From an uncultured delta proteobacterium (lineage in GTDB: Bacteria; Desulfobacterota; Binatia; HRBIN30; BPIQ01), in the NCBI GenBank assembly GCA_963761335.1, contig CAVXGR010000013.1, forward strand, positions 32,001-96,000: a stretch of 64,000 bases of DNA, read 5' to 3'. Shown piece after piece: positions 36,301 through 48,374 of this stretch (the first letter of the stretch is position 1; every line of letters begins with the position of its first letter). The notes below the pieces were generated by a model. It searched no databases. It was given only the letters and a program-made list of their open reading frames with translations, and had not been told where the DNA came from. A program made the translations under genes and the position numbers.

Positions 36301-39300
36301 GCGAGGCTGCCGATGGAAAGGGTGCAGATGCTCCCCGCCGTACTGTCCGGCGTGCAGCTCCAGCCCGCCGTGCTCGAGGCCGGATCGAAGCTCGCGTGCG
36401 CCGGTACCGTCTCGGTGACGACCACGCCTTCGGCGTCCTGGTTGCCGGCATTGGCGTAGGTCAGCGCATACGCAACCCCACCCCCCGGAGTGGCGGTGAC
36501 ACCGCCGTCGTCGACGAAGATCTGTAGGTCCGGAGCCGCAACCACCGGGACGATCGTGGGATCGTCGGCGGCCGGGGTACCCGGGTCATCGGTGACCACA
36601 TCGGGCAGCTCGGTCGACTCGACTACGGCCTGGTTCACCAGCGTGTCGACTCCCGCGGCCAGCGGATCGTCGATCACCACGTCGTAGGTGACCGACTGGG
36701 AGGTGCCCGCCGCGAGGCTGGCGAAGCGCACCTCGATGCTCGCATCTCCGGCGGTGTTCCCGGTGATCACCGCGGCCGGCGGAGTGACGGAGCCAACCGC
36801 CAGTGCCGTGTGGGGATCGAGGCCGTCGCGGACGACCACGGCCGTCGCGGCGCCGGTTCCGGAGTTGGTGACCGTGACCGTGTAGCGCAGCGTATCTCCC
36901 GGAGAGACCGATCCGGAGCCGTCGGCGTCGACGGCGAGAACGGCCGCCTTGGTGGCGTCGAGCTGCGGCAGATCCAGCAGCGCCCTGCTGTCCGCGGCGG
37001 GGACGCTGCGCTCATTGGCGTCGACGCCGGGGAGAGTCGTCGCCGCCGTGTTCACGACCGTGTTGCTCACCGGCGTCGACGGAGTGCTGCCGCCGCGCAC
37101 CGGGACGGTGAAACGGAAGGTCTCGGTCTCCCCCGGCTCGATCGAGCTCGCCGGCAGCGAGGAGCCCGGGTCGGAGGCCACGCTGACCGTGGTCTGTCCA
37201 GCGCCGGGACCGGCGCCGGCGGTAAACACGAAGCCCGAGGGCACGGATACCGGCGCGATCGAAGCGGTATCCCAGATCGAGTCGTCGAGGACGTCCTCGA
37301 GGCGCAGGTCGTACGCAGGCGCCGTGCCGCTGTTGCTCAGCGCCACGGTGACAGTGACCAAGTCGTCGGTCACCGCACCCATGCTCTTGGAGAGAGTCAG
37401 CCTCGGCGCCACCACGTCGATGGCGGCGCTGTCGGCGAGCGGCGTACCGCCGGAGTAGTCGAGCACCGCCTGATTGACCAGGGTGTCGCCGTCGGCGTTC
37501 GCCGGCAGATCGACGACGCGGCCGGTGACCCGCAGGGTGATGCGGTCCTTGCCGTCGTCGACCCCGTCGGGAGTATTGGTCACCGTGCCGAAGTCGAAGA
37601 CGACGGTGTCGTCACGGCCGTCGCCGAGGAGGTCGTCGGCGAGCACAGGCGTTCCCGGAGCAGTGGTGGTGATGTTGGCGCCGATGGAGACGATGCTCGC
37701 CGCCACCGGCTCGATGAAGCCGCTGGCCGGATCGGCCGGCATGGTGTCGGTCACCACGGCGCCGTCGGCGACGCCTTCGGGGAAGACGACGGTGATCGTG
37801 TAGTCGACCGTCTCACCGATGGTCAGATCGAGCAGCGCCGGGTCGTGCTGGCTGCTGCCGGTGTCCGCCAGGCTGGATCCGGTCGTCAGCTTGGTGAGCC
37901 CGGGGGCGAGGATGGTGACGCTCGCCGACGCCGAGTCACTGCGCCGGCGGGTCTCGCCCGCGGTGAACACGGGCAGCGAGTCGTAGGTCATGGTCGCCGT
38001 GCCGGTGTACGTCTGCGACGGCGCGACCGTGTCGTCGACGCGCGCCGTGTACTCGATCGAGCAGGTGCTCGCCGCCAGGGTCAGCGTCGGAACCGAGTAG
38101 ACGATGTTCGGCGCCGCCGAGGAGTCGACGGTCAGGCCGGCGCAGTCAGAGACCACGGTGGCGTCGCTGATCCACGAGAGGCCGGGGCTCGGCAGGGCGT
38201 CGGTGATGCGCACCGACATGGCGTCGGCAGTCGACTGCGCGGTGTGCGCCAGGACGATGCGGAAAGTAACCTGGTCGCCGGCATCCGCCAGCAGCGGCTC
38301 CGGCACGGCCGTCTTGGCGACGCTGAGGAACGGCTCGACAAGGTCGACGAGCGCGGTGCCACTCGAGGTGCCGCCGCCATAGGTCAGGGTCGCGGTGTTT
38401 ACCAGGTCGTCGACGCCGCTCTTGTTCACCGACTTGTCGAGCACCACGGCGACCACCTCGAAGACCAGCTGATCGCCGGCGTCACTGACGCCGTCCGGGG
38501 TGTTGACCACCTGCCCGATGCTCCAGGCGACGCGGTCGGCGACGCCGTCGGAATCGGTGTCGGTCGATGTTCCCGGCGCGCCGAGTGCCGGGAGACCGGC
38601 CCCGGAGAGATTGGCGCCGATGCTCACCAGACGCGAGCTGACCACGGAGAGCACGGCCGTGCCGGTGGGCAGCTGGTCGACGACCGAGGCACTCGGTGTC
38701 GTGCCCTCCGGCAGGGTGACGGCAAACTGATAGGTAGCGGTCTCGCCGATGGTGAGATCCGGCTCCGGTCCGAACAGGGAGTTTCCGGTGGACGGCTCCG
38801 ACGTCGCGGTCACCGACTTCTGCAAGCCGGGCGCGGTGATGACGATCTGGTGATCGTCGCTGCCGGTGCCGACGCGCTCGTTGGGATCGCCGTCCGCCGG
38901 CAGGCTGTCCCAGCGCAAATCGGCGGTATCGGTGATGGTCGAGCTCGGCGTCACCGTGCTCAGGATCGTCGCCTGGAACTGGAACTCGGCCACCGCGCCC
39001 CGGGCCACCGTATCCCACAGAGCGGTGATGGTGCCCCCTGACTCGCTCAGCTGCGCCGGCGCCACCGTGCCGGTATCGACCAACGAGCCCGGCACGAAGC
39101 TCATGCCCGGCGGAATGGCGTCGGTCACCTGCACGTCGAAGGCGTCCGCGGTGGAGAGACCGGCGTGGTCGACGCGCACGGTAAAGGTCACCACGTCGCC
39201 GGCGTCCCCGGTGGTCACGTCGCCCGTGGTGTTCACTGTCAGCAGCGGCGCGACGACGTCGACGCTGGCGGTCGCCGAAGCGTTCAGGCCCGGGCCAAAC

Positions 39301-42300
39301 TGAAGCAGGGCGCTGTTGGTCAGCTGATCGCCGCTCTGGTTGGCTGGCACGTCGACGACGCGCGCCACCACCTCGACGACGATCTGGTCGCCGGCGTCGG
39401 TCACCATGTCCGGCGCGTTGACCACATCGCCGAAGTCGAAGGTTACGGTGTCATCGAGGCCGTCGCCCAGGTTCACGTCGCTGACGGCAATCACCGCCGG
39501 GGAGTTGCTCGGCGTCAGCCGCGCTCCGATCGACACCTCGGAGGCGGAGACCACCTCGAGCACCCCGGGCGCGAACGGCAAGCTGTCGCGGATGATCAGC
39601 GGCGTGGTTCCCTCCGGCAACGTCGCGGTGATGTGGAAGGTCACCTCTTCGCCGATGGTCAGGTCGTCGAGCAGCGGGTTGAACTGGGAGTTGCCGGTGG
39701 CCGCCACCGAGGTTGCCACCACGGACTTCGACATCGTCGGCGAGGCGATCTGCACCTGGACGGAGCCGCTGGCGGTGCCGGCGCGCTGGTAGGTGTCTGG
39801 GGAAGACGTCGACGGCAGGCTGTCCCACCGCAGATCGGCGGTGTTGGTGATCGAGGTGCCGGACTGCGCGGTCACGTCGATGGTGACGTCGAAGGAGAAC
39901 TCGGCGACGGCGCCGCGCGGCAGGCTCGCCCAGGTGGCCGTGACCGTGCCCGCGGATTGCGACAGCGAGGTGGAGGAGGCGGTCGCCGCGGCGGTGTCGG
40001 CCAGATTGCCGGCGAAGGTCATGTGCGCCGGAAGGGCATCGGTGATCTGCACGTCGAAGGCGTCGGCGGTGGAGGCGCCGGTGTGGGTGACGCGCACCGT
40101 GAAGGTGATGGTGTCGCCGGCGTCACCGTTGCCGGGGCTGGCCGTCTTCACCACCGTGAGAAACGGCTCGACCAGATCGACGGAGACGTTCGCGGCACGG
40201 CTGCCGCCGGGGTAGAACAACGTCGCCGTAGCCGCGGCGTTGTTGTCGCCGCCGGCGTTGGCGGGAGCGTCCGCAACCACGGCGACGATCTCGAAAACGA
40301 TCTGGTCGTTGGCGTCGCTGACACCGTCGGCGGCGTCGAGCACGTCGCCGAGGCTCCACTCGACGCGGTCGAGATAGCCGTCGGCGTTGTTGTCGGTCGC
40401 CGTGCCGGCGACGCCAATCGCGGGTAGCGCCGCGCCGGAGATGTTGGCGCCGATGGAGACGATCCGGGAGCTCAATATGTGCAAGGCGACCGAGCCGGTG
40501 GGCAGCTGCTCGCGCACCCGCGCCGCCGGAGTGGTGCCCTCGGTGAAGGTCACCGGCACGCGGTAGGTGACCCGCTCGCCGATGGTGAGGTCGGTCTCCG
40601 GTCCGTTCACCGCGGTTCCCGTCGACGACTCGGACGTGCTGAAGATCGTATTGCTGATGCTCGGCTGGGCAACAGTGACCGAAGCACTGGCGGAGCCGCT
40701 GCCGACGCGCTCGTTCGGGTCGCCGTCGGCCGGCAGGCTGTCCCAGGCGAGAGCCGCAGTGTTGGTGATCACCTGCTTGGGAACCACGGCGCCGGTGAGC
40801 GCCACCTGGAAGGTGAGCTCGCCCACCCCGCCGACGGGAAGACTGTCCCAGATGGCGGTGATGACACCACCGGACTCGCTCAGCGAGGTCGCCGCTACCG
40901 TGGCCCCGGTGCCGTTTGCCAGGCCACCGGTGAAGACCATCCCGGCCGGCAGTGGATCGCTGATCCGTACGTCGAAGGCGTCGGCGGAGGAAGCCGCGGC
41001 GTGCTGCACGCGCACCGTGAAGGTGATGCCGTCGCCGGCGTCACCGCTGGCGGTGCTGGCCGACTTGCTGACGCTCAGCACCGGCTCGACCAGCTCGACG
41101 TCGGCGCTCGCCGAGGCGGAGCCCGAGCCGTAGTCGAGCTGCCCGCTGTCGGCCAGGCGGTCGCCCCCGGCATTGCGCGGGTCATTGGCGACGCGCGCCA
41201 CCACGGCGATGACGATCTGATCGCCAGCGTCCGTGACGCCGTCGGGAGTGTCGATGACCTGCCCGAAGTCGAAGGCGGCGCTGCCGCTCGTGGTGGTCAG
41301 CACCGGCGGCGCATTGGCAACGGTGAGGTTGGCGCCGACGGAGACGACGCTGGCGGAGACCAGATCGAGAACGCCGGCGGCAGACGACGGCAGCAGATCG
41401 GTGAGCACGACGCGCGGGGTGGTGCCTTCGTTGAGAGTCGCCGTCAGGTAGAAGGTCACCTCCTCACCGATGGTCAGATCGGCGACGGCGGGATCAAAGC
41501 GGGCGCTGCTGGTGGACGCCTCCGAGGTGCTCACCACGGCGAGATCCAGCTGCGGCGTCGCCGCGGCCACGCTGGCGGTATCGCTCCGCGGCACGAACTG
41601 GGTGGCGCCGCTCTGCGAGCTCCAGTCGACGGTGGCGGTGGTGGTGACCACCTGCCCCGGGGTCACCGTCGTATCGAGGTCGCAGGTGACGGTGATCAGC
41701 GCCGTGCCGTCTCCATAGGGCGGCCCACCGCCCACCGGGTTGTCGTCGTTGCGCGGCAGCGCCGCCCCGAGAACCAGGCCGCTGACCAGGTCGCCGCTGT
41801 GGGCCAGCGACGTGCCGCTGCCATTGCGCACCGAGGCCACCGAACAGTTGGTCAGGCCGGCGACGGGAGGATCGGTCACACTCACGTCGTAGGCGGGCGC
41901 ACCGCCGCGGTTCTCGACGGTGATCATGTACGACACCTGATCGCCGCCGTCGGCTCCGGAGAGGTCGCCGTCCGCGGTCTCGGTTGCCGGGTCGGCGGGC
42001 GCCGCAGGCGATATGGTCCCGTCGCCGTCGGTGGCGATGACGCCGCTGGTAATGAACAGATCCGGAGCGCGCACCTTGAAAGGCTCCGGGGCGGTGGCCG
42101 CCGCGGCGGTGCCGGGGGTGTTCTTCGTCGAGGTCTGCAGGATGTTGGCGAATGACAGGCGGTCGGCGAACGGCTCGTCGGTAACGCGCGCATCGACGTC
42201 GACGGCGATCACCTGCGGCGCGGTGGTGACCACGTCCGGCCACTCGATGCGCAGCGCGTTGGTCGCCGCGTCGGTGCTCACCGCAATCGGCGTCAGCCCC

Positions 42301-43970
42301 AGGGTGTCGGTGGGCGCCAACCGCAGGTCCGGAGTCGGCAGGTTGGGTGCACCGGTGATGTCGATGGTGGCGGCGCGGAAGACGGGCAGCGGAAAGAAAT
42401 CCTCGAAGACGATGTCGCGCGAGTCGCCGGAGGGGATGGAGAGCTGGAGGCGAAATGTGACGACGTCGCCCGGAAAGTACTCGGGCTGCGGGTTGAGGAT
42501 GATCTTGCTCGCCGTCACCGGGCGAATGGTCACCGTGGCCCCCGAAGGGTTGGTGCAGCCGGCGGCGCCGGAGGTGAGGCTGTAGGTCGCCAGCGAGCTG
42601 GTGCCCATGCGGTCGGCGGCGCGCACCGGTTCGGGGGGACTGGTGTAGCTCTGCGAGACCGTAGCGGTGTACGTGATCGTGCCGGTGGTCCCCGGCGGCA
42701 GGCTGCCGGTCACGGCGCCGACGTCATAGACGATGGTGGTCACGCCGCTGCCGTCGGTGCTGGTCGCCGGGGAGATGCTCACCGGCGAGCCGTTCACCAC
42801 CATGCCGGCGTGGGTCGCGAAGATGAGGCCGTCGGGCAACAGGTCGCGAACCACCAGGGCGCTGGTCGATACGTAGTCGGAGACCAGGAAGGTCAGCGTA
42901 AAGGTGACCGTTTCCCCGGGGCTGGCGAGCCCGGGCGACACGCCTTCGTGCAGGGTCACGTGGTGTGCCGTGACGGTGCGCGTATCACTGCTCTGCGGCA
43001 GGTCGAGAAGAGGCGGCGGCGCCGCCGGGTTGTTGCGCTGCCCGTCGAGGGTGGCGGCGTTGATCTCCTGCTCGCTGTCGCAGGAGCCGTGATCGAGGAC
43101 GTCGATGACGTGTGCGGCGTAGCGCACCACGACGTCGCTGCTGCCGGTGGTTCCCGTCGCCGCGGCGCAGGTGACGGTGAGCACTCCTCCGGGCGTCGTC
43201 ATCGAGGGGCTGGCGACGGCGGCGCAGCCCACGCCGCCGGCAATGGAGATGGGGCCGTCGAACTGCATCGAGGCGGGCAGCACGTCACCGATCTGGAGAT
43301 TGCTGACCGTCTGCGCGTTGGCGATGTCGGCATTCAGGGTGTAGGTCACCGGGAAGCTGGGTCCGGTCGGACGCTCCGCTTCCGGGGCATCGTCCGACTT
43401 GCTGAAGATGACGATCGTTGGGGTCACCGTGGAGGTCACCGCGATCCCCTCGATCGGGCCGTTGTCCCCCGAAGCGGTGTCGCCGAGGACGAACACCGGC
43501 GTGGCGGTGACCTCGAGCGGCACGCCGATCTCGGCGGCGGCGTCGATGGTGACGCAGATGTTGACGACGAGCGTCGGCTCGCCTTCCACCACCGAGCTCA
43601 CCGGCAGCTCGATGAGCGACAAGGTGCCGCCGTCGGGTCCGGCAATGACCGTCCCCGTCTCTGGATCGGCCAGTGTGTCATCCGGCGCCGAGAAGGTTCC
43701 CACGGAAAGGACCGAGGTGCCAAGGGTGAGAAAGGTCGAGGAATCGAGATGCAGACCCGGAGCCAGGACCAGGCGAACGTAGGGGGCAAAGCCCGGCGCT
43801 CCGGTGTTGGTGAGCCCAGCGTCGAAACAGAACTGCTCGCCCGCGAAGCTCGCCGCGGGAACGTTGGTCGACAGAGCGGGCGTCTGCGCCCGCACCGCAG
43901 AGGGAGCGGCGAAGACGACAATGACCGCGAGCACGGAAGTTGTCAGCTGTGTCAGTCGGGTCAATCGCAT
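33330..43970 (-). CDS. Giant secreted adhesin-like protein (~3,550 aa): DUF11/isopeptide-type Ig repeats, myxobacterial Cys repeats, vWA domain and a duplicated C-terminal domain
   Basis: Signal MRLTRL...AVRAQ; five DLTIGE repeats alternating with four DAGD repeats; PDL..K...[13 protein letters not shown]11 repeats; [15 protein letters not shown] repeats; VDTSRS MIDAS motif. The ORF-track start at 44237 is probably over-extended. Confidence 0.88.
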   Translation of the reverse strand: MRLTRLTQLTTSVLAVIVVFAAPSAVRAQTPALSTNVPAASFAGEQFCFDAGLTNTGAPGFAPYVRLVLAPGLHLDSSTFLTLGTSVLSVGTFSAPDDTLADPETGTVIAGPDGGTLSLIELPVSSVVEGEPTLVVNICVTIDAAAEIGVPLEVTATPVFVLGDTASGDNGPIEGIAVTSTVTPTIVIFSKSDDAPEAERPTGPSFPVTYTLNADIANAQTVSNLQIGDVLPASMQFDGPISIAGGVGCAAVASPSMTTPGGVLTVTCAAATGTTGSSDVVVRYAAHVIDVLDHGSCDSEQEINAATLDGQRNNPAAPPPLLDLPQSSDTRTVTAHHVTLHEGVSPGLASPGETVTFTLTFLVSDYVSTSALVVRDLLPDGLIFATHAGMVVNGSPVSISPATSTDGSGVTTIVYDVGAVTGSLPPGTTGTITYTATVSQSYTSPPEPVRAADRMGTSSLATYSLTSGAAGCTNPSGATVTIRPVTASKIILNPQPEYFPGDVVTFRLQLSIPSGDSRDIVFEDFFPLPVFRAATIDITGAPNLPTPDLRLAPTDTLGLTPIAVSTDAATNALRIEWPDVVTTAPQVIAVDVDARVTDEPFADRLSFANILQTSTKNTPGTAAAATAPEPFKVRAPDLFITSGVIATDGDGTISPAAPADPATETADGDLSGADGGDQVSYMITVENRGGAPAYDVSVTDPPVAGLTNCSVASVRNGSGTSLAHSGDLVSGLVLGAALPRNDDNPVGGGPPYGDGTALITVTCDLDTTVTPGQVVTTTATVDWSSQSGATQFVPRSDTASVAAATPQLDLAVVSTSEASTSSARFDPAVADLTIGEEVTFYLTATLNEGTTPRVVLTDLLPSSAAGVLDLVSASVVSVGANLTVANAPPVLTTTSGSAAFDFGQVIDTPDGVTDAGDQIVIAVVARVANDPRNAGGDRLADSGQLDYGSGSASASADVELVEPVLSVSKSASTASGDAGDGITFTVRVQHAAASSADAFDVRISDPLPAGMVFTGGLANGTGATVAATSLSESGGVITAIWDSLPVGGVGELTFQVALTGAVVPKQVITNTAALAWDSLPADGDPNERVGSGSASASVTVAQPSISNTIFSTSESSTGTAVNGPETDLTIGERVTYRVPVTFTEGTTPAARVREQLPTGSVALHILSSRIVSIGANISGAALPAIGVAGTATDNNADGYLDRVEWSLGDVLDAADGVSDANDQIVFEIVAVVADAPANAGGDNNAAATATLFYPGGSRAANVSVDLVEPFLTVVKTASPGNGDAGDTITFTVRVTHTGASTADAFDVQITDALPAHMTFAGNLADTAAATASSTSLSQSAGTVTATWASLPRGAVAEFSFDVTIDVTAQSGTSITNTADLRWDSLPSTSSPDTYQRAGTASGSVQVQIASPTMSKSVVATSVAATGNSQFNPLLDDLTIGEEVTFHITATLPEGTTPLIIRDSLPFAPGVLEVVSASEVSIGARLTPSNSPAVIAVSDVNLGDGLDDTVTFDFGDVVNAPDMVTDAGDQIVVEVVARVVDVPANQSGDQLTNSALLQFGPGLNASATASVDVVAPLLTVNTTGDVTTGDAGDVVTFTVRVDHAGLSTADAFDVQVTDAIPPGMSFVPGSLVDTGTVAPAQLSESGGTITALWDTVARGAVAEFQFQATILSTVTPSSTITDTADLRWDSLPADGDPNERVGTGSDDHQIVITAPGLQKSVTATSEPSTGNSLFGPEPDLTIGETATYQFAVTLPEGTTPSASVVDQLPTGTAVLSVVSSRLVSIGANLSGAGLPALGAPGTSTDTDSDGVADRVAWSIGQVVNTPDGVSDAGDQLVFEVVAVVLDKSVNKSGVDDLVNTATLTYGGGTSSGTALVDLVEPFLSVAKTAVPEPLLADAGDQVTFRIVLAHTAQSTADAMSVRITDALPSPGLSWISDATVVSDCAGLTVDSSAAPNIVYSVPTLTLAASTCSIEYTARVDDTVAPSQTYTGTATMTYDSLPVFTAGETRRRSDSASASVTILAPGLTKLTTGSSLADTGSSQHDPALLDLTIGETVDYTITVVFPEGVADGAVVTDTMPADPASGFIEPVAASIVSIGANITTTAPGTPVLADDLLGDGRDDTVVFDFGTVTNTPDGVDDGKDRITLRVTGRVVDLPANADGDTLVNQAVLDYSGGTPLADSAAIDVVAPRLTLSKSMGAVTDDLVTVTVALSNSGTAPAYDLRLEDVLDDSIWDTASIAPVSVPSGFVFTAGAGPGAGQTTVSVASDPGSSLPASSIEPGETETFRFTVPVRGGSTPSTPVSNTVVNTAATTLPGVDANERSVPAADSRALLDLPQLDATKAAVLAVDADGSGSVSPGDTLRYTVTVTNSGTGAATAVVVRDGLDPHTALAVGSVTPPAAVITGNTAGDASIEVRFASLAAGTSQSVTYDVVIDDPLAAGVDTLVNQAVVESTELPDVVTDDPGTPAADDPTIVPVVAAPDLQIFVDDGGVTATPGGGVAYALTYANAGNQDAEGVVVTETVPAHASFDPASSTAGWSCTPDSTAGSICTLSIGSLAGAGSGGAAVFAVIVDAAPLAAGVDQLDDGASIADDGANGADANPADNSDSDTTPIDAAPDLRLIKTSDHTDAGPGDRIDFALSYANHGTQDATGVQIGETVPANTTFSAAGSTGGWSCPSGTGAGSACTFSVGNLGGNATGSVIFAVTVDSPVAAAGEQVSNLASVADDGTNGVDPNPADNSDTAGSSITAAPDLQISKQADRSNVHPNESLVYTLTYANAGNQSSSGVTVTETVPAHTTFAAAASAAGWTCTPGPGAGSTCRLSLGTVVAGAPPATALFAVVVDASVPAAVETIDNTVSIADDGTSGADANPGDNSASVSTIFDQCGNGVVETGEQCDAGSNNSDTVPGACRTTCVLPHCGDGIIDPTVADVVLMVDTSRSMRTEVSNLVHDLGSLPEELQRAGVDERLALVRFGTGRYSGGVEYPSVVTDFTTAGEAFRGALTELDSPVTGETESGTEAIDFAFDNLSFRPDAQKVFILYTDENDDLPMSIANDTPDREPPPNWISVPSLAAPFQVRLDEAAQRLIDNQVILNLIVNALTAPTNFQYGSSDASQYRPDGTLDVAATLDALRAKRMDRSIQGQLLGAGRCDSGVCTAGRVGRSCSADIECGLIARVFPEQIVTGAARNDFFRGLVAEIKGQIGRPEECDDGNLVNGDGCESNCALTGCGNGIVDPGEECDDGNADDGDACASDCTLTAVDNEVLSHSPMRIVISKGQSSFFKRLPLRVRNDNAPSFDFRANEKISRTVQLVADEGDCPAGTLADVPSFNPRSSGEDTVEITGGKTAVAFVPLYFSAATFTTVNKNVPVRCVLSFTAVDPDGRPDATPGNNVLRLELDVYDRNDSPQPSPQETFISPVHAVRLRIRSGAAGADKTVHIKVGNGDLLPVPEKPGHLITVTVDNGTCPAGTVSAADFGRAAAGPANSVVVRGGRHARATLAVHADSAAFSSTSPRRPARCVATITASGPLGDLVPSNDSVELVIEVVDDND

Positions 43971-44147
43971 GTCGGGGGCGGGACGAGCAGCATGTGTGCC
44001 ACCGCTTGTCAGATGATGCGCGCCCCATGAATCCGCCTTGCGGATCTCCGCTGGCGAACCGCCGCCACGAAATGGCATTGACGGAACGTCAAGGCGGTAT
44101 CGGCGCCTATGAGAGTCTGCCATGCGTTCCGCCGCAGATGGGGAGAC

Positions 44148-44220
44148 GGGGACAGGCTTACTTTTGCCGCTCGTAATCTCAGCGGCGCCCCGGATAGACT
44201 CGCAAAAGTAGCCTGTCCCC
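44148..44220. repeat. Palindromic element family A, copy 3 (intergenic, 1-nt insertion in the left arm)
   Basis: GGGGACAGGCTTACTTTTGC ... GCAAAAGTAGCCTGTCCCC. Confidence 0.85.
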
Positions 44221-44272
44221 ATCCGCCGCATTGCCATCCTCCATCGAAATCTGCCAATAACTGCGGTTGCGC

Positions 44273-45430
44273 ATGGCAGAGACGATCAAGGATCGCGTGG
44301 CGATCGCCGGGATCGGGCAGACCGCCTTCGCCAAGGGGCTGGAGGATTCGGAGCTGTCGCTGGCCTGCCAGGCGATCGCCGCGGCCATCGACGACGCCGG
44401 CGTGAAGCCGTCCGAGGTGGATGGCCTGGCGATGTTCTCCATGGAGAACGGCCGCGAGGTGGAGGTGGCGCGCAACCTCGGCCTCGGCGACATCACCTAC
44501 TTCGGCGAGATCGGCTACGGCGGCGGCGCCGGATGCGCCACCGTGGGACACGCGGCGATGGCGGTGGCCACGGGACAGTGCCGGGTGGCGGTGGCGTGGC
44601 GAGCGCGCAAGCGCTCGGCCAAGGCCAGCCGCCCGTGGGCGCAGGTGAGCCAGCGGATCGCCGGTGCGCCGCAGTGGACGCGGCCCTTCGGGTTGCTGCG
44701 GCCGGTGGACGAGATCGCCATGCTGGCGCGCCGCTACATGCACGAGTTTGGCGCCACCCGCGACCATCTCGCCAACGTCGCCATCGCCTTCCGCAAGCAC
44801 GCCAACCGCAACCCGCGCGCCAGCATGGCGGACAAGCCGCTGACGCGCGAGCAGTACATGGCGGCGCGCTGGATCTCCGAGCCGCTGTGTCTCTACGACA
44901 ATTGCCTGGAGACCGACGGCGCCCTGGCCGTCGTGCTCGTCTCCGCAGAGCGGGCCCGCGACCTGCGCCAGCCGGCGGCCTACGTGCACGCCTTCGCGCA
45001 GAGCATTCCGCGGCAGCATCAGGTGATGACCAACTACTTCTGCGACGATCCGCTCCTCGGGCCGTCGCACGCCTGCGCCCGGCTGCTGTGGGCCCACAGC
45101 GATTTCCAGCCGAAGGACGTCCCCGTGGCGCAGCTCTACGACGCCTTCAGCCCACTCATTCCCCTCTCGCTCGAAGGCTACGGCTTCTGCGGCCGCGGCG
45201 AGGGAGCGGCGTTCACCGACGGCGGCGCTCTCGAGTGGCCGCACGGCCGGCTGCCGACCAATACCTCGGGCGGCGGCATGTCGGAGGCGTACGTGCACGG
45301 CTTCAACCTGGTGACCGAGGGCGTGCGACAGATTCGCGGCACCTCGACGTCGCAGGTGGAAGGCGCGCAATGCTGTCTGGTGACCAGCGGTGAAGGCGTA
45401 CCGACCAGCGCTCTGCTGCTGCGGAGGTGA
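44273..45430 (+). CDS. ltp2: Lipid-transfer protein / thiolase-fold aldolase (Ltp2-like)
   Basis: [68 protein letters not shown]. Confidence 0.82.
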   Translation: MAETIKDRVAIAGIGQTAFAKGLEDSELSLACQAIAAAIDDAGVKPSEVDGLAMFSMENGREVEVARNLGLGDITYFGEIGYGGGAGCATVGHAAMAVATGQCRVAVAWRARKRSAKASRPWAQVSQRIAGAPQWTRPFGLLRPVDEIAMLARRYMHEFGATRDHLANVAIAFRKHANRNPRASMADKPLTREQYMAARWISEPLCLYDNCLETDGALAVVLVSAERARDLRQPAAYVHAFAQSIPRQHQVMTNYFCDDPLLGPSHACARLLWAHSDFQPKDVPVAQLYDAFSPLIPLSLEGYGFCGRGEGAAFTDGGALEWPHGRLPTNTSGGGMSEAYVHGFNLVTEGVRQIRGTSTSQVEGAQCCLVTSGEGVPTSALLLRR

Positions 45431-45435
45431 GGCGA

Positions 45436-45870
45436 ATGGCCAGCGGCTTTCTGCTCCCCGACACCGAAGACACCGACTCCGGCCCCTTCTGGGAGGCCGC
45501 GGCCCGCGGCGAGCTGCGCGTGCAGCGCTGCGCCGACTGCGGCCGGCGCCGCCTGCCGCCGCGGCCGATGTGCCCCGCCTGTCGCTCCCTGAGACACGAT
45601 TGGGAGGTGATGTCCGGGCGCGGCACCATCTGGTCGTTTGTGGTCCCGCATCCGCCTCTCCTCCCGGCGTATGCCGAGCTGGCGCCCTACAACGTCATCA
45701 CCGTCGCCCTCGCTGAGGATCCGAACCTGCGCCTGGTCGGCAACCTCGTCGCCTCGGCGGGCGGAGCGATCAACGAGATCGATGCCGCGACCATTCGCAT
45801 CGGCGAGCCGGTGCACGTCGTCTTTCACACCGTGGACGGCGTCACCCTGCCGCGCTGGGTACGCGGGTGA
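45436..45870 (+). CDS. DUF35 Zn-ribbon/OB-fold protein (ChsH2 C-terminal-like partner of Ltp2)
   Basis: PFWEAA.RGELRVQRC..CG...PP..MCPAC, SGRGTIWSF, IGEPV.V.F. Confidence 0.9.
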   Translation: MASGFLLPDTEDTDSGPFWEAAARGELRVQRCADCGRRRLPPRPMCPACRSLRHDWEVMSGRGTIWSFVVPHPPLLPAYAELAPYNVITVALAEDPNLRLVGNLVASAGGAINEIDAATIRIGEPVHVVFHTVDGVTLPRWVRG

Positions 45871-45966
45871 GATCGCAGCAGCGATGCGCCGGCGTCGCCG
45901 CTCCCGCCTCGCAAGGGCTGTTGAGAGACACGCCGATCTAGTACAGTCCAGCGCGGAGGTGCAGCC

Positions 45967-46893
45967 ATGGCGAAATGGACGGCCGACGACATCCCCGATC
46001 TCTCCGGCAAGACGATCATCGTCACCGGCGGCAACAGCGGTATCGGCTACGAGGCGTCGCTGCAGCTGGCGGGAAAGGGGGCGCGTGTCGTGCTCGCCTG
46101 CCGGGACCGCAAGAAGGCGCAGGCGGCGGTGGCGCGGCTTCGCGCCGCGCATCCTGAAGCAGAGGTCGAGGAGATGGCGCTCGATCTCGCCAGTCTGGAT
46201 TCGGTGCGCCGCTTCGCAGGCGATTTCCTGAGTGCGAATCGCGAGCTGCACGTGCTCTGCAACAACGCCGGGGTGATGGCCCTGCCCTACCGGCGCACCG
46301 CCGATGGCTTCGAGATGCAGATCGGCACCAACCATCTCGGGCACTTCGCGCTCACCGGGCTGTTGCTCGAGCGACTGCTCGCGACGCCCGGCTCGCGCGT
46401 GGTCACCGTCAGCAGCGGCGCACACCGCGTCGGCAAGATCCGTTTCGACGATCTGCAGTGGGAAAACGGCTATCGCAAATGGATGGCCTACGGACAGAGC
46501 AAGCTCGCCAACCTGCTGTTCACCTACGAGCTGCAGCGCCGCCTGGAGGCGAAAGCGACCGGCACCTTCGCCGTCGCCTGCCATCCGGGCTACGCCGCCA
46601 CCAACCTGCAGCTCGCCGGGCCGCAGATGGAGGGTTCCAGCCTGATGGAGTGGCTCTCGGGCGTGGGCAATCGCCTGCTGGCGCAGAGCGCCGCGATGGG
46701 AGCCCTGCCGACGCTCTATGCAGCCACCGCCCCCGACGTCCGCGGCGGCGACTACATCGGACCCGACGGCCCCGGCGAGATGTGGGGCCATCCGAGGAAG
46801 GTGCAGTCGAATGCGCGCTCCCGCGACCGCGACGCGGCGCGGCGGCTGTGGGAAGTCTCGGAGAAGCTGACCGGCGTGAAGTATCCGGTGTAG
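45967..46893 (+). CDS. Short-chain dehydrogenase/reductase (retinol-dehydrogenase-like)
   Basis: TGGNSGIG, NNAGVM, TNHLGHF, YGQSK, HPG. Confidence 0.95.
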   Translation: MAKWTADDIPDLSGKTIIVTGGNSGIGYEASLQLAGKGARVVLACRDRKKAQAAVARLRAAHPEAEVEEMALDLASLDSVRRFAGDFLSANRELHVLCNNAGVMALPYRRTADGFEMQIGTNHLGHFALTGLLLERLLATPGSRVVTVSSGAHRVGKIRFDDLQWENGYRKWMAYGQSKLANLLFTYELQRRLEAKATGTFAVACHPGYAATNLQLAGPQMEGSSLMEWLSGVGNRLLAQSAAMGALPTLYAATAPDVRGGDYIGPDGPGEMWGHPRKVQSNARSRDRDAARRLWEVSEKLTGVKYPV

Positions 46894-46936
46894 AAGACAA
46901 TGCGACGTTGAGACGGTCAATTCCGGCTTCTAGTCC

Positions 46937-46974
46937 TAGCAGCCCGTTGAAGAACAGGCGGCGTCGGGCTGCTA
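46937..46974. terminator. Hairpin between convergent genes; the left arm resembles an IS end
   Basis: TAGCAGCCCG (46937-46946) and CGGGCTGCTA (46965-46974). Confidence 0.45.
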
Positions 46975-47556
46975 AACCGGGACTTCGCCGGCGATGGTGG
47001 TGCGGTACATCTCGCGTCGATAGCCATCGTGGTCGTTGAACGCCTGATGCAGACACAGGCGGTTGTCCCACATCGCCAACGTCTTGGGCGCCCAACGCAG
47101 GCGGCAAGTGAGCGCCGGTTGCGTGATGTGCTCGCCGAGAAAGCGCAGGAGCGGTTCCGCCTCCGCCTCGGTCATGCCGTCGATGCCCACCGCATAGGTC
47201 TGATCGCAGTAGAGCGATTTCTCACCCGTCGCCGGGTGCGTCCGCACCAGCGGATGGGCGCTGCCTTCCACCTTTTTCTTGATCGCCTCGTCGAGCTGGC
47301 TCGCCTGCCGCGATGCCGCCAGCCGGCCCAGCGGGCTGTCGTCGGGTTCCATCACCGATTGCACCGCAGCCAACACGTCACGCATCGACATGCGGACTTT
47401 GAGCGGGCCGATCATCGCCTTCATGGTGTCGCTCAAGAGCGCGTAGGCCAACGCCGAGTTGGCCCACATGGTGTCACCGCCGAAGGGCGGAATATCGACC
47501 CCGTACAACATACTGATCGCCGGCGGCCGGGCGAGAAAGGCCGAATCCGTATGCAC
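46972..47556 (-). pseudogene. 5'-truncated TauD/TfdA Fe(II)/2-oxoglutarate dioxygenase
   Basis: HTDSAF...GGDTMWAN, HPLVRTHP.TGEKSLY, WDNR..LH, RTTIAG are present. The ~95 codons upstream of HTD lack the TauD N-terminal motifs and the usual Trp before His. Confidence 0.75.
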
Positions 47557-47851
47557 CACCTCGAGCGGATTCAACCTCGACAGCGACAACAGCTGCAATC
47601 TCACTGCGATGGGCGACCAGCCCAATGACACCTCCAACCACATCCACCTGCTGGTGCGCGAGGCCACATCCCCGCCTCGCCGACCTGTGAAGGAAAGTGG
47701 CGGTCTCTCCGGATTCGTCAAGATTCTGTTACCGGGGCGTACTGGTCTGGCGATTTGGAACAGGCGTTTTATCAGATGGCGAGGCACGTGCACGAACTGG
47801 AAGATATCCGTTTCATGATTCTTCATTACAAACAAAACAAGGAGGCTTCAG

Positions 47852-48346
47852 ATGATGAGCAAGGCGACGGTCTGGATTTCTACATCCCTACTGGCAGCTG
47901 CGATCTTGCCCTTTGCCAAGTCCGCACCCGCGGCAGAGAGCGACGCGCAAGCTGTCATGGCCGCGTCGGCGCAGTTCTATGCTGCGTTGAACCGGATGTT
48001 TACGGGTGACATAGGTCAAATGAAGGAGGTCTGGTCCCACGCAGACGATGCCATCTACATGGGTCCCACGGGGGGAATCAAAGTCGGGTGGAACGAGATC
48101 CTCAAAGTCTGGGAGGCACAGGCCGCCATGAAGCTCGGCGGCAAGGTGGAAGCTGGAGATGTGCAAGTCGCGGTGGGCCGGGATATCGCGATCGTGAGCA
48201 ATTACGAGAACGGAGAGAACACCAACGTAAAAGGAGAGGTCCAAAAGGTTTCAATTCGGGCAACCAACGTATTCCGCCAAGAGGGTGGGAAGTGGAAAAT
48301 GATTGGACACCACACGGATCTCCTGCCCTGGGACCTGGACAAATGA
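47852..48346 (+). CDS. Secreted NTF2/SnoaL-like (DUF4440-type) protein; lower GC than its surroundings
   Basis: AAGGAGG RBS; signal; FYAALN..F.GD...M..VWSH, RATNVFR...G.WKMIGHH. Confidence 0.8.
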   Translation: MMSKATVWISTSLLAAAILPFAKSAPAAESDAQAVMAASAQFYAALNRMFTGDIGQMKEVWSHADDAIYMGPTGGIKVGWNEILKVWEAQAAMKLGGKVEAGDVQVAVGRDIAIVSNYENGENTNVKGEVQKVSIRATNVFRQEGGKWKMIGHHTDLLPWDLDK

Positions 48347-48374
48347 CGAGCCGCGCGACCTCTTGAGAAGACGA

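Noticed and set aside
43990..44075. Riboswitch (e.g. c-di-GMP) upstream of the adhesin
   Set aside because: Only a short hairpin (ATCCGC-CTT-GCGGAT) is visible and I could not match a consensus. An Rfam/Infernal scan would decide.
5652..44220. Family A repeats as a CRISPR array or attachment sites
   Set aside because: The copies are dispersed inverted pairs, not tandem direct repeats with spacers, and there are no cas or integrase genes.
43971..44237. N-terminal extension of the giant adhesin in the ORF track
   Set aside because: It runs through repeat copy 3 and precedes a clear signal peptide beginning at ATG 43970.
47630..47662. Intact Y1/RAYT transposase gene
   Set aside because: Only about 11 codons match; the flanking N-terminal and catalytic-Tyr regions are absent.
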